From positions 21,778,713 through 21,842,712 of the forward strand of contig NC_068988.1 in assembly GCF_001194135.2 (NCBI RefSeq): a stretch of 64,000 nt of DNA, written 5' to 3'. This stretch comes from Octopus bimaculoides (taxonomy: Eukaryota). Positions 24,326-37,301 of the stretch are shown here, in pieces (positions within the stretch are counted from its first letter, which is position 1; every line of letters begins with the position of its first letter). Position numbers and translations under genes: made by a program. The notes beneath the pieces were generated by a model. That model was not told where the DNA came from and did not search any database. It was given only the letters and a program-made list of their open reading frames with translations.

Positions 24326-26044
24326 TCACACACAGACATATGATTTTTGCTCGGACTCAACACAAAACTAACATTGATTTAAACTGTGGATCCAGCCTTT
24401 TCCCCCACCCCCATAAACAAACATCTTCACATCTGTTCCCGAGAAGATGTTACCCAAATACTGTTCAAATTTCGTTACTAAATGCTGAAAGCTTTAACGG
24501 CCGTCTATCTTTTATTAGAAAGTTTATTTGCAACACATATTATGATTAAAATTTCAGAGACTTGTTTCTGTTTATCGTTGCATAGACACAACTCTTTTCA
24601 AATTCTACAACTAACTTCTGACTATTAAATAATACAATTGCTATACAATTCTCTTTAAATGGAAAAATAATCTTTTTTACTGCATTGTATGCTGCAGCTG
24701 ACTTAGACTTCTCTTAAAATAGAAAGACAAAGTTTTTATGGCTATTGTATGAAAATTCTGCATTGGACTTCCCGTAACATTTCTTTCTTTTCCATAAAGT
24801 AAAAGTTAAATTCTTTCGCTCATTCTGCCACACACAATATATGTCTGTTGTGAGGCATGTACTGCTTTTCTTTTAAATTCTCGGACTGAAGAGTGATAAA
24901 TGACAATAGTGATATAGATGATTGTTGTGATGATTTATAATGGTTAATGGTTGGTCATGGTTGATGGCAACGGCTGCGTTGATAACACGATTGATCAATA
25001 ATGTTTATAACATTACAGGGATTAATGATCAATGATTAATGCTTGATAGTGGTTAATGATGTTTGAAAATAATTGATGATCGTAGTTGACGACAATAATG
25101 ATCGAAATGAGGATAATGATTGATGATAACGGTTGAGTTGATGGTGATTGACAGTCATTAGAGATATCCTGCGTTTCTCGCTTCTTGCATTTCTTTTACT
25201 GAACAAATGATTATAATTTCTTGCTACCCTCATCTTTTTATTACTTTAAGCAACTTTCATCCTTGTGTTTTACATTAAAGTTTTATTGGTGTGTAATAAT
25301 ATAAAAGAAAAAAACAAGTAGCATGAGACCTTAATCCGTGAATCGGAAACCATCACTTACATAGAAATGATAGGTCTGTGCTTAAGCGGTGAGGTTAAGT
25401 GAATTATTCTGAACATTGCACTTTGAGTCAAAGATTGGAGCCCTTCTTCATGTCACAAGACATGAGGTTGACATTTGTGCCGTAAAACACAAGGGCGGGT
25501 TCCATTGTCATCTCTAGGAATGCATTCAGATTTCCGGAGATAAAACGCGTGGCCTTGATTCTTTCCGTTGCAGACTCTTCTGCTGTCCCACGCGCTCTCT
25601 TCTTTAATTTTTCCATCCCTTTAGATGAAAAAATACTCAAGTAGCTGTTTTAGATTCTTCTGTAATTTCTTTCTCTGCACCCACAGTGAGGCACACTTTC
25701 GGTTTTATCTTTTGGTCCTCATTTGTCATCAGGACTTGTAAATGTTATGGCAACGTTACAGGTTAATTTGACCTCGGCCGCATTATCTTAGCCTAAAAGC
25801 CAATTATTTCCCATATACGTCTTAAGTAGACAGATTTAGATATCTTTCATACATTCTTGTTGTATGCTTGTTATCATCTTGCTTCATGATACTTTAAAGA
25901 CACTACTCTGCATTACTTTGTCGTATTTCTTTCTTTCATGTCTAAAAGATCATCATGCGCAGCAATTCGTTGCTTTGAATACATTCCAGTAAAAACTACT
26001 TAACATACTCGCATTTATATTTCTGAGATTAAATAGAAACATTT

Positions 26045-26358
26045 TGTTACTCGCCATTTCAAAGCCTAGCCAGGCTCATGGGCCCGGTTTCCCGGTTTCT
26101 ATGTCGTATGCGTTCCCCTCCAACCAGCTGGACGGGACACCAGTCCATCGCAGCGTTACTCAAGAAACAGGAAGAAAGAGTGAGAGAAAGTTGGGGCGAA
26201 AGAGTACAGCAGGAGTCGCGACCACCCCCTGCCGGAGCCTCGTGGAACTTAGGTGTTTTCGCTCAAGAAACACTTACAACGCCCGGTCTGGGAATCGAAA
26301 CCGCGATCCTCCGACTGCGAGTCCGCTACTCTAACCACTGGGCCATTGCGCCTCCACA
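26045..26358 (-). mobile_element. SINE with family C head and body but family D tail
   Basis: 26160-26358 matches the C 5' part (22961-23150); 26045-26155 matches the D tail (17081-17190). Confidence 0.85.
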
Positions 26359-26382
26359 AATAGAAACATACATATAAATAAA

Positions 26383-26585
26383 GGCGGTGAGCAGGCAAAA
26401 TTGTTGCAACGTCGGTCAAAATATTTAACGGTATTTCCTCCGGTTTTTATGTTCTGAGTTTAAATTCCGCTGAGGTTAACCTTACATTTCATTCCTCGGG
26501 GTTGAAAAAAAAAAAAATGAAATACCAGTCATGTACTGGAGTCGATCTATTCGATTTGCACCCTCCCTTTAAAATTATGCCGTTG
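26383..26585 (+). mobile_element. SINE family A, decayed
   Basis: AAGGCGGTGAGC...TTCTGAGTTTAAATTCCGCTGAGGT. Confidence 0.7.
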
Positions 26586-26875
26586 ACCCCTGCAGCGGGC
26601 CGGTGTCACATTCGCGGTAATGTTGTGATCTTAAACACTAATGGAAACCGTGTAACTTGCTTCATGAGTACTGGATCTCAAGAAAGAAAATTACATATAC
26701 ATTTACACACAGATACTCACCCCACACACGCACACGCACGCATACATGCGCGTGCACACACACACATACACACATACACACAGAGGTTTATGTACAAAAG
26801 CTTTGCTAATAAAATAACGTATTTAAAATTACCAAGGGATATGAAAGATTTATGATTTACTCTTATATGTATATT

Positions 26876-27076
26876 TTTTATTTTACTTGTTTCAGTCATT
26901 TGACTGCGGCCATGCTGGAGCACCACCTTTAGGCGAGCAAATCGACCCCAGGACTTACTCTTTGTAAGCCTAGTACTTATTCTATCGGTGTCTTTTGCCG
27001 AACCACTAAGTTACGGGGAGGTAAACACACCAGCATTGGTTGTCAAGCGATGTTGGGGGGACAAACACAGACACAG

Positions 27077-27127
<51 letters not shown>

Positions 27128-27309
27128 TATATATATATATATACGGCAGGCTTCTTTTTCAGTTTCCGTCTACCAAATCCACTCACAAGGCTTTGGTCTG
27201 CTCGAGGCTATAGTAGAAGACACTTGCCCAAGGTGCCACCCAGTGAGACTGAACCCGGAACGATGTGGTTGGTAAGCAGGCTATTTACCACACAGCCACT
27301 CCTGTGCCT
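26876..27309 (-). mobile_element. SINE family B, full length
   Basis: Reverse-complement match to 6279-6686. Confidence 0.9.
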
Positions 27310-27358
27310 GTATGTTCATGTATATGTTCATGTATATGTTCATGTATATGTTCATGTT
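27310..27358. repeat. 12-bp minisatellite (ATGTATATGTTC) x about 4
   Basis: Direct. Confidence 0.85.
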
Positions 27359-28068
27359 CTGTTTATATAAAGTTGAATTCAAGGAGATAATACGAATATG
27401 GTACAACACCTTGTTATTTGCAATTGTGTATTGTGGAAAATTGGTTAAACAAAGTATCGTCAGATGTTGGTTTAGCAAGAGTTCTTAGCAAGTAAAAAAA
27501 AAAAAAAACATAATTGACTAGAAATACGATATCAACTGACACTTCAACTGCGTAACTCTAACGGTAAACTTTTGACTAATCAAAGATATATATCTTGGAT
27601 TAAAAGGCCGTACAATTCAGTTATGTGGAAAATAAGTATTGAGACGAAGAAGAAAAACCTAGACAAAAAATATCACACAAGAAGGTACATAAATAAATAA
27701 ATAAATAATATAGACTTAAGAACTGTTATACACATTCTTATAACAAAAATACTTACGGCATACTGTGTCTACGTGATATACAGTAATGCAATGCAAAACC
27801 AAAATGACAACCATTGTTGTCGCATCGTTTCGAATGTACAGCTAAATACGTATGCAATAACGATATGCAATAATAGTTTTAAAAGAATGGTGAAAGAAGT
27901 AACGCCATATGAAAGATAAAAAAAAAAAAAATCAAACAATTTCATATTTATTCAGTGTATTCAGTGATATAATTATAGTTCGTATCTTTCATGAAAATAG
28001 AACGTTACATTTAGAAATACATGCTAATATGTTAACCATATATGATGATAGTGAACGAAGAATACAAC

Positions 28069-28104
<36 letters not shown>

Positions 28105-28108
<4 letters not shown>

Positions 28109-28320
28109 CAATATGTGACTGCGTGTGTATCGTTGACGATTTTCTTTCTCCGTCTTCCCTTCTTTGGACTTTTTGTATATTTCTAATGAAGAGCTCCGCT
28201 CGAAACATGAAATCCTCTTTCTTCTCTTTTCTTTCTCGAGCTTCCAATAACACTGTACTTATTCCACGTCCTCGCGTTGCTGTTATTGTTTTTAATTGCT
28301 TGTTCATGTTTGGTTTGACT
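28105..28320 (+). mobile_element. Penelope-like terminal-repeat fragment with a decayed minimal hammerhead core (28179-28213), between (TA)n arrays
   Basis: ATTT-CTAATGA-A-GAGC(TCC)GCTC-GAAA-CATG-AAAT follows the minimal type I hammerhead layout. Confidence 0.55.
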
Positions 28321-28321
28321 A

Positions 28322-28372
<51 letters not shown>

Positions 28373-29254
28373 NNNNNNNNNNNNNNNNNNNNNNNNNNNN
28401 NNNNNNNNNNNNNNNNNNNNNNNNNNNNNNNNNNNNNNNNNNNNNNNNNNNNNNNNNNNNNNNNNNNNNNNNNNNNNNNNNNNNNNNNNNNNNNNNNNNN
28501 NNNNNNNNNNNNNNNNNNNNNNNNNNNNNNNNNNNNNNNNNNNNNNNNNNNNNNNNNNNNNNNNNNNNNNNNNNNNNNNNNNNNNNNNNNNNNNNNNNNN
28601 NNNNNNNNNNNNNNNNNNNNNNNNNNNNNNNNNNNNNNNNNNNNNNNNNNNNNNNNNNNNNNNNNNNNNNNNNNNNNNNNNNNNNNNNNNNNNNNNNNNN
28701 NNNNNNNNNNNNNNNNNNNNNNNNNNNNNNNNNNNNNNNNNNNNNNNNNNNNNNNNNNNNNNNNNNNNNNNNNNNNNNNNNNNNNNNNNNNNNNNNNNNN
28801 NNNNNNNNNNNNNNNNNNNNNNNNNNNNNNNNNNNNNNNNNNNNNNNNNNNNNNNNNNNNNNNNNNNNNNNNNNNNNNNNNNNNNNNNNNNNNNNNNNNN
28901 NNNNNNNNNNNNNNNNNNNNNNNNNNNNNNNNNNNNNNNNNNNNNNNNNNNNNNNNNNNNNNNNNNNNNNNNNNNNNNNNNNNNNNNNNNNNNNNNNNNN
29001 NNNNNNNNNNNNNNNNNNAGGAAAGTAAGGTAAAAAAGGATGATAAAGGAGGTTTACAAAAGTGGAAAAGTTCAAAAGTTTTTTAGACGTCATATATATA
29101 TATATATATATAATATATATATATATATAATTTTGTCATACATTCTTGGTCACATTGCACTTCACGTCGTTTCAAAATTCCAGTGATACACCCCGCTGGT
29201 AAGGCAAGCAGGCCAACATTGCTCGTGGTAGGAAGGCTAGTCCGTCGCAGGGTT

Positions 29255-29397
29255 ACTCACTTCCAACGGAGTGATCTCGAGTAACGTAAAATGAAGTGTT
29301 TTGCTCAAAAATTCAACGCGCAGCTGGTCTAGGAATCGAAAGGACAATCCCACGCGCTTAATTCCACCACACCTAACAACTGCGCCACGCGATTTCA
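29255..29397 (-). mobile_element. SINE family D, decayed
   Basis: CGTAAAATGAAGTGTTTTGCTCAA...AGGAATCGAA. Confidence 0.65.
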
Positions 29398-30949
29398 CAC
29401 ACACATACACATACACGCACACATACACACACACGTGTCATATATATGAACTAACGCAAGGGGTGTACAATAGTTAATATAAAACCGAGAAGTTTATTTC
29501 ATGTTGATGTTCTAATATCTTACAATTATGAGTTGCGCACAATGAAATTTTCTTGTATAAACATTGTTAATCATAAATCTCAGAAAGCAATCAATCATTT
29601 GCTTAATGACCAGTTTTTGATGAGATATTTTGATAATAATAAACTCTACTGTCAACCACTGACCGTTACAAAAAGCTCCTGATTATATACATACATATAT
29701 ATANNNNNNNNNNNNNNNNNNNNNNNNNNNNNNNNNNNNNNNNNNNNNNNNNNNNNNNNNNNNNNNNNNNNNNNNNNNNNNNNNNNNNNNNNNNNNNNNN
29801 NNNNNNNNNNNNNNNNNNNNNNNNNNNNNNNNNNNNNNNNNNNNNNNNNNNNNNNNNNNNNNNNNNNNNNNNNNNNNNNNNNNNNNNNNNNNNNNNNNNN
29901 NNNNNNNNNNNNNNNNNNNNNNNNNNNNNNNNNNNNNNNNNNNNNNNNNNNNNNNNNNNNNNNNNNNNNNNNNNNNNNNNNNNNNNNNNNNNNNNNNNNN
30001 NNNNNNNNNNNNNNNNNNNNNNNNNNNNNNNNNNNNNNNNNNNNNNNNNNNNNNNNNNNNNNNNNNNNNNNNNNNNNNNNNNNNNNNNNNNNNNNNNNNN
30101 NNNNNNNNNNNNNNNNNNNNNNNNNNNNNNNNNNNNNNNNNNNNNNNNNNNNNNNNNNNNNNNNNNNNNNNNNNNNNNNNNNNNNNNNNNNNNNNNNNNN
30201 NNNNNNNNNNNNNNNNNNNNNNNNNNNNNNNNNNNNNNNNNNNNNNNNNNNNNNNNNNNNNNNNNNNNNNNNNNNNNNNNNNNNNNNNNNNNNNNNNNNN
30301 NNNNNNNNNNNNNNNNNNNNNNNNNNNNNNNNNNNNNNNNNNNNNNNNNNNNNNNNNNNNNNNNNNNNNNNNNNNNNNNNNNNNNNNNNNNNNNNNNNNN
30401 NNNNNNNNNNNNNNNNNNNNNNNNNNNNNNNNNNNNNNNNNNNNNNNNNNNNNNNNNNNNNNNNNNNNNNNNNNNNNNNNNNNNNNNNNNNNNNNNNNNN
30501 NNNNNNNNNNNNNNNNNNNNNNNNNNNNNNNNNNNNNNNNNNNNNNNNNNNNNNNNNNNNNNNNNNNNNNNNNNNNNNNNNNNNNNATATATATATATAT
30601 ATTTATATATATATATACATATATACAAACATATATACATACTTATATACAAACATATATATATATATATATATATGTATGGATGTGTTCATATGTGTGT
30701 GTGTATGTACGCATGAATGCGTGTGTATGTGTGTGCGTGTATGTGTGTGAGTGATTATGTGTGTGTGGATGTATGCGTGAATGTGAGTGTGTGTGTGTGC
30801 GTGTATGTGTGTGTGGATATACCCAGACTCACACACATATACTCATTAATATACATACACAAAGACACAGACGTGCATACGGCACTCGCATACGCACGCG
30901 CACACACATACGTGAGTTCGTGTGTATCTGAGCGATACATAGCTAGGTA

Positions 30950-31164
30950 GATAGTGTGTGTGTGTGTGTGTATGTATGTGCGTGTGTGAGAGAGAAAAGA
31001 AAAAGAGAGGGAGAGGGTGTGCGAGAGAATAAGAGAAAGAGAATGAGAGAGAGAGAACGAGAGAGTGAGAAAATAAGATAGAGAGAGAGAAGAGAAAGCG
31101 TGATGAGAAAGAGAGAAAAAGAGAAAGTGTGGCGAAAGGGAGAGAGATAGACAGAGATAGCTAG

Positions 31165-31245
<81 letters not shown>

Positions 31246-31277
31246 TAAAGAAAGTGGTAGAGTGTGTGCAAGAGAAT

Positions 31278-31310
<33 letters not shown>

Positions 31311-31410
31311 GGAATGTGTGAGGAGAGGGAGAGAGATAGAAATATAGAGATAAATAGATAGATCAACAGATAGAGGGAAAGAGAGAGATAGAGATAGAGA
31401 GAGTTATAAG
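30950..31410. repeat. Compound (TG)/(GA)/(GATA)n tract
   Basis: Direct. Confidence 0.9.
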
Positions 31411-31710
31411 AAAGAAAGAGATTTCTTTGTTGACACCTGTTTAAAAGCAATACAATAAACGAAAATTATCCTGAATAAAAAAATATTCAACCAAATATGT
31501 TTTGCTACCGATTGCCGTGTAGATAGCAGATTGTGACTTGATAGACACCCGTATGCTGATGATGGAAGAGGGCATTGCTGCGGACTCAGATAAGGCACGT
31601 TGGTTTCCGTTGAAATTCTACCGAAACGATTGATTGTACTGGGAGTGTACGCGTTGGTATATATTTTGGTTGCTTTTCAGCAATTTGGACTGTTGGGGCA
31701 ACATAGATTC

Positions 31711-32170
31711 CAGCGTAGAAGTGGCTGTGTGGTAAGTAGCTTGCTTACCAACCACATGGTTCTGGGTTCAGTCCCACTGCGTGGCACCTTGGGCAAGTGT
31801 CTTCTATTATAGCCTCGGGCCGACCAAAGCCTAGAGAGTGGATTTGGTAGACAGAAACTGAAAGAAGCCCGTCGTATGTATATGTATATGTATATATATA
31901 TATATGTGTGTGTTTGTGTCTGTGTTTGTCCCCCAACATCGCTTGACAACCGATGCTGGTGTGTTTACGTCCCCGTAACTTAGCGCTTCGGCAAAAGAGA
32001 CTGATAGAATAAGTACTAGGCATACAAAGAATAAGCCCNNNNNNNNNNAGAGACTGATAGAATAAGTACTAGGCATACAAAGAATAAGCCCTGGAGTCGA
32101 TTTGCTCGACTAAAGGTGGTGCTCCAGCATGGCCGCAGTCAAATGACTGAAACAAGTAAAAGAGAAAGAG
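31711..32170 (+). mobile_element. SINE family B, full length (small gap with duplicated flank)
   Basis: Matches 6279-6686. Confidence 0.9.
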
Positions 32171-32179
32171 AAAGATATA

Positions 32180-32283
32180 TATCCTTTGCTGAACCGCTAA
32201 GTTACGGGGACATAAACACACCGACACCAGTTGTTAATCAGTGGTGGAGGACAAACAAAGGCACAAAGACACACATACATACA

Positions 32284-32348
<65 letters not shown>

Positions 32349-32472
32349 ACATGATGGGCTACTTTCAGTTTTCGTCTACCAAATTCACTCACGAGGATTT
32401 GGTCGTCCTGAGGCTATAATACAAGACATTTACCCAAGGTGTCACACTGTGGAACTAAGTCCAGAACCATGT
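32180..32472 (-). mobile_element. SINE family B, older copy, tail-to-tail with the previous one
   Basis: AACCGCTAAGTTACGGGGAC and TTTCAGTTTTCGTCTACCAAAT blocks. Confidence 0.75.
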
Positions 32473-32491
32473 TTCAGCATCTCCCACTCAT

Positions 32492-32542
<51 letters not shown>

Positions 32543-32557
32543 CTCTCTCTCTTTGGA

Positions 32558-32751
32558 TTATTGTGTATTAAAGCAACATTCCGTTTGATAATACTCTTCT
32601 CGAGAACTAGTCTTAACTGACGTCAAAAAGAAGAAAAAAGCGACATTATCAACCAGTCCAGTCAATAACACCGAACTTATGAAGAACTTATGATCAACGA
32701 CTTTTGACAGGAAGCAGTACAGGACTTCATCAGTGAAAACTTCATCAACAT
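32558..32751 (-). CDS. Candidate exon, possibly terminal, of an unidentified host gene
   Basis: Strong acceptor TTATTTTACAG| at 32752; open frame xVDEVFTDEVLYCFLSKVVDHKFFISSVLLTGLVDNVAFFFFLTSVK...TQ*; phase 1 matches the 40642 donor. No homology recognised. Confidence 0.3.
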
Positions 32752-33039
32752 CTGTAAAATAAGGCAATGAATGGCTTTGTTTATCGTGAATAGCTAACCA
32801 TCTAGTGTTTTTACATATATACACATATAAATACACACACATACACACATGCGCACATGTGAGTGTGTGTGTATGTGTATGTCTGTGTGTGGGTGTTTAT
32901 TTATAAAATGTGTGTATGTTGAGTGTATTTGCCAATGGATATATCTGGCTGCGTGCATATGTGTAAGCGTGTGTATATCATACGGTAGTAATTACTGCAT
33001 CATCACCCGCAACAACACCAGCAGCAATAGCAGCAGCAA

Positions 33040-33080
<41 letters not shown>

Positions 33081-35780
33081 ATACTACTACTACTACTACT
33101 AGTAGTAGTAGTAACACTAGCTATGCCGACGCATCGGAAGAAGCCATGTCAACGAAGTGAGACAGCATGCTTTGATTACCGGAAAAAGGAAGAACGCAAT
33201 AAACGGCCACAAACTGTGACACGTGATTGTCAGCGTTCAGACGTCGATCGTTCTACTCACTTACAATCACTGACTCATCTTCCATACAAATCCAAGCCAA
33301 AAAAGAAAAAAGGAAGAAGAATAAAGAATATANNNNNNNNNNNNNNNNNNNNNNNNNNNNNNNNNNNNNNNNNNNNNNNNNNNNNNNNNNNNNNNNNNNN
33401 NNNNNNNNNNNNNNNNNNNNNNNNNNNNNNNNNNNNNTATATATATATAAAGCAATTAGAAACTAAAAATTCTCCATCACAGCAATCACACAAATCAGGG
33501 CCACCTGCAATAATCATGACCTTGAACGACATCAGCTAACATCATAAACAACAACAACTCTAAGAAAATGTAATAATGGCACGTAACTGTAATTGAGTCA
33601 CCCAACACCTCCTACACACCTCCTACACACCTCCACACTTCTTGACCTCTTGTATACGTCTCCTTTCCTTTCATAGGAGCCAAGACCTATGTTCTGCGAT
33701 AAGGACAATGTAACGTGCTCCTTATATTCGCTTTTAATTTTTATTGCCTTTGGTTGCTTGATTTATTAACAGTCATTAATTTCAACGGCAATTAGAGCCG
33801 CCATAATTTAAGTTAACCTGTTAAACGTTCCCAATAAATGAGATGAAACCTCGATAAATTTAAACGACAACATATTCTGGTTTACTTCATGTCTGGTCAC
33901 TTGCTGTTTATTCACTGCTTCCATGTTGTCAGTGAGTTCAAATATTGATTTCTAACACAGGCACAAGACCTTAGATTTGAGAGAAACATATACCATTCTA
34001 TTCTTTCAGTGATGTATTGGTTACTGCCATTGAATATCTAGAAATAAATCATATTGAGCATTGTCTTAAAGTATTTTAATTTACTGGGTGGACCGCGGGA
34101 CATATTCGAGACTGGGAATCATTTTTAACGATCTTCGTTCAATCGGTGCATTGCTGGGTACAAAGGGATAGAGCACAGGCAGAACATCGGTTAACCGATG
34201 CAAACAAACACAGACCTAGACACAGATATACATATGTAAATACGAAGTGGAAAACACAGCCCTAATATTTGACCGCGATTGATTTTAACGATCTCAGAAA
34301 TACTGAAATGGAAAGTCGATTCATGCGGGCTTTGAAGTAAAAAAAGATGTAACCGGATACTGGGAGGTATTCAATACAACGCGGTAAACATGATCTTCAT
34401 TGACTGAAATTTAAATGTCGATCTTTTAAATAGGTAAATGGGAAGAGGGAACAGATATGCAAAGCACTACTTGACTGGTTCTTTATTTTATCAGTCCCAG
34501 GAGGATGAAAAGTAAAAACCACCATCAGCGAGAATTGAACTCACGAATGTCAATTATCTACAGCAATATTATGTACAACGTTTTATTCGATACCATTCCG
34601 AGTTTTCTACTCCATCAGTCTTACTAAAATTAAGGATTAAACATTTTCATTGCAGACATCTGACATAGAATTAAAGTTGCATTCTGTTTCATTCTATTAG
34701 CCTTGCTGTTCTCTTTCGGGAACCAAGCAAGAATTGTTATCTAGCTAGTTGAATGCAGCAGTAGAAATTTAGATGCATCGATAGATGACACTCTATGGGT
34801 AATTATTTCAAGAACAGAACGGACCAACATCAACTCACCGAAGCTCGAGATTCAACAAGAAACGTGTAATCTAACATACTCTCACCTGAGCAGTTTCAAG
34901 ATTTATCGCTATATAATTTTAAAACCGGCGTTGTTGATTTTTATGAGTTATAGAATTATTGCTAAAACCCTTAGCGACTTAACACAGAATGTGCGATCAG
35001 CACTGCAGTGGATTTAAGAAAGACATTGTTCCAAATCAAACATGAAGAAGTAAGAAGGAAATATGAAAAATACGCAATGAAAAATAAATCAAACTTGAAC
35101 ATAGACGTGTTTTTAATACAATATTGAGAAAGAAGAAAAATCTGCTTCCCATTTGCACAAATATACACCCACACACATACGTAGATATTTACATATTTAA
35201 ATACGGGGTTATCAATTTCTCGCTCTCTATATATGTTACACATGTGTTCCTGTATAGTTATTTTTACGCACGTGGGTGTATTTCTGTTTAAAATTATCTT
35301 AATAGAGAAAGTCTATATACAGGAAAGAAAGGAAAACTAAATAGATGAAATACACACATACACATACTCATACACACAAACACACACAATATATATCCGA
35401 CCCTTTGTTGAGAATCAACCCCTCTCCCACTGATATACACCTCCTTGTGTAACAGTACAATATCATCAATATACATCAGTATATATTTATATTTATTGTA
35501 GTCATTAAGTTGACTTTAATGAATCATGGAAAAACCAAAGAACAAAATGACACCGCCTCTTGGTAACCCGAGATTGAAACTTGTCTCTCATGATTTACAA
35601 CAGAGCCGTTTACGCTGTATAACAGTACAATGATATTGTCTGCGATAAGACATTGGATATTAACTCGTAAACAATGGCGGTGACTGACAGATTCATAAAA
35701 TGGCATGCGTATGTATATGTGTGTGTTTTACGCGTATTAGTGTACATGTATTTATTTCTATCTAACAAACAATATACAAT

Positions 35781-35944
35781 GCGACGCAGACGATGCGGTG
35801 TGGCAAGAAGTTTGTTTCTCATCCACATAGTTCCGGGTTCAATCCCACACCATAGTACCTTCAGCAACTGTCTTCTACTGTGGCCCCGACCAAACCAAAA
35901 ACATTGTTAGTGGATTTGATAAAGGAAAACTGAAAGGCCGTCGC
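35781..35944 (+). mobile_element. SINE family B, 5' half, decayed
   Basis: GTTCCGGGTTCAATCCCAC...GTCTTCTACT...GAAAACTGAAAG. Confidence 0.7.
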
Positions 35945-36121
35945 ACATACATACTTACATATATATATATATAAATACATACTTACGTACATACTTACAT
36001 ATATATATATATACTTACATATATATATATATACATACTTATATATATATATAAATACATACTTACGTACATACTTACATATATATATATATATACTTAC
36101 ATATATATATATATACATACT

Positions 36122-36188
<67 letters not shown>

Positions 36189-36297
36189 TTATTAATATTT
36201 CTAAGTCTCTCTAAAGGAGACTACGGCAGCGGTACTGGAAATTAATAGTTATCGCCAAGCCAACATGGCAGTCCCAAAATTAGGACGAAAGCTGCCG

Positions 36298-36351
<54 letters not shown>

Positions 36352-36554
36352 TCCATTTTCCTCCCATCACCGCCTGAAATACCAATAAGCATTAGAATTC
36401 GACTTGTTCGACTAAAAACGTCACGTGGTCTCCCACAATGACCACAGTCTAATGACTGAAACATGTAAAAGATGAAAGAAAAGAAGTGTATGTGTACTTG
36501 TGTCTGTGCACTCACGCGTGCGTTGATATCTGCATGCGTGCGTGCCTATGTATG

Positions 36555-37295
36555 TATGTATTGGTGTCAGGTCGCTTTCGAGTGCTACTGGTAGCATGTA
36601 GCCCAGTTCAACCTGTTCCATGGTCGGGTCGACGGCGACTAAACTGGCAACCTCACCAGGCTTGCTTGGTGAGGTGGGTGCTTGTTGAACACCCTACGAG
36701 ACAACACAATAAGACCCGTCAAAGGGCAGAGGAACTACAGAGTAGACAACGGCCATTCAACTATGTGTGTTTGTGGAGTGTTTTTGTGTGTATGTATTGT
36801 GTATTTTGTATCTTGGGCTCTGTGTATGTGTATTGTATATACTGTGTTCTTTTTTTTTTAATTGTATATATCGTGTGGGCAGTGGGCAGGTCCTTCTGGT
36901 CCCGTACGGGTCGTGAAACGTCCCCACCTCCAAGAATCTCCCGCTGCCTTGCGGGTAGGTTTTTTTGTTTAATCAAAGGCTAGGGAGTAAACCGTATGCA
37001 AATCCGGAGTGGAGCCGCTAAGGCGGTTAGGTGATGAAGTTCATCATCTCTCCGGAAGCGCCTGCAGTCCAGTCGTGGCTAGGATGTGTCGTCCTGCGTC
37101 CTTCCAGGCTAGATCTGCTGGACCGAGAGCAGGGTCCTGGGTTTGGGTAACCCAAGGCCTCCACAGTTATCTTGCCCAGGATTCAGTGACTCCACCCCGC
37201 CTAATTCTTTTTCTTTTAAGTCCAGAGGCGATGGGCGAGTGGTGGCGGTGGCAGGTGCAGGATGGCAATGGTAGCTGCTAGCTATGGACCTGCAC
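36555..37295 (+). mobile_element. GC-rich structured island, probably the 5' UTR of a non-LTR (RTE-like) retrotransposon
   Basis: Sharp rise in GC, several strong hairpins, no credible ORF. Family assignment is inference. Confidence 0.4.
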
Positions 37296-37301
37296 TCGGG
37301 C

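Noticed and set aside
31991-32098. Direct duplication around the 10-N gap
   Set aside because: Identical sequence on both sides of a tiny gap is a typical scaffolding overlap artefact.
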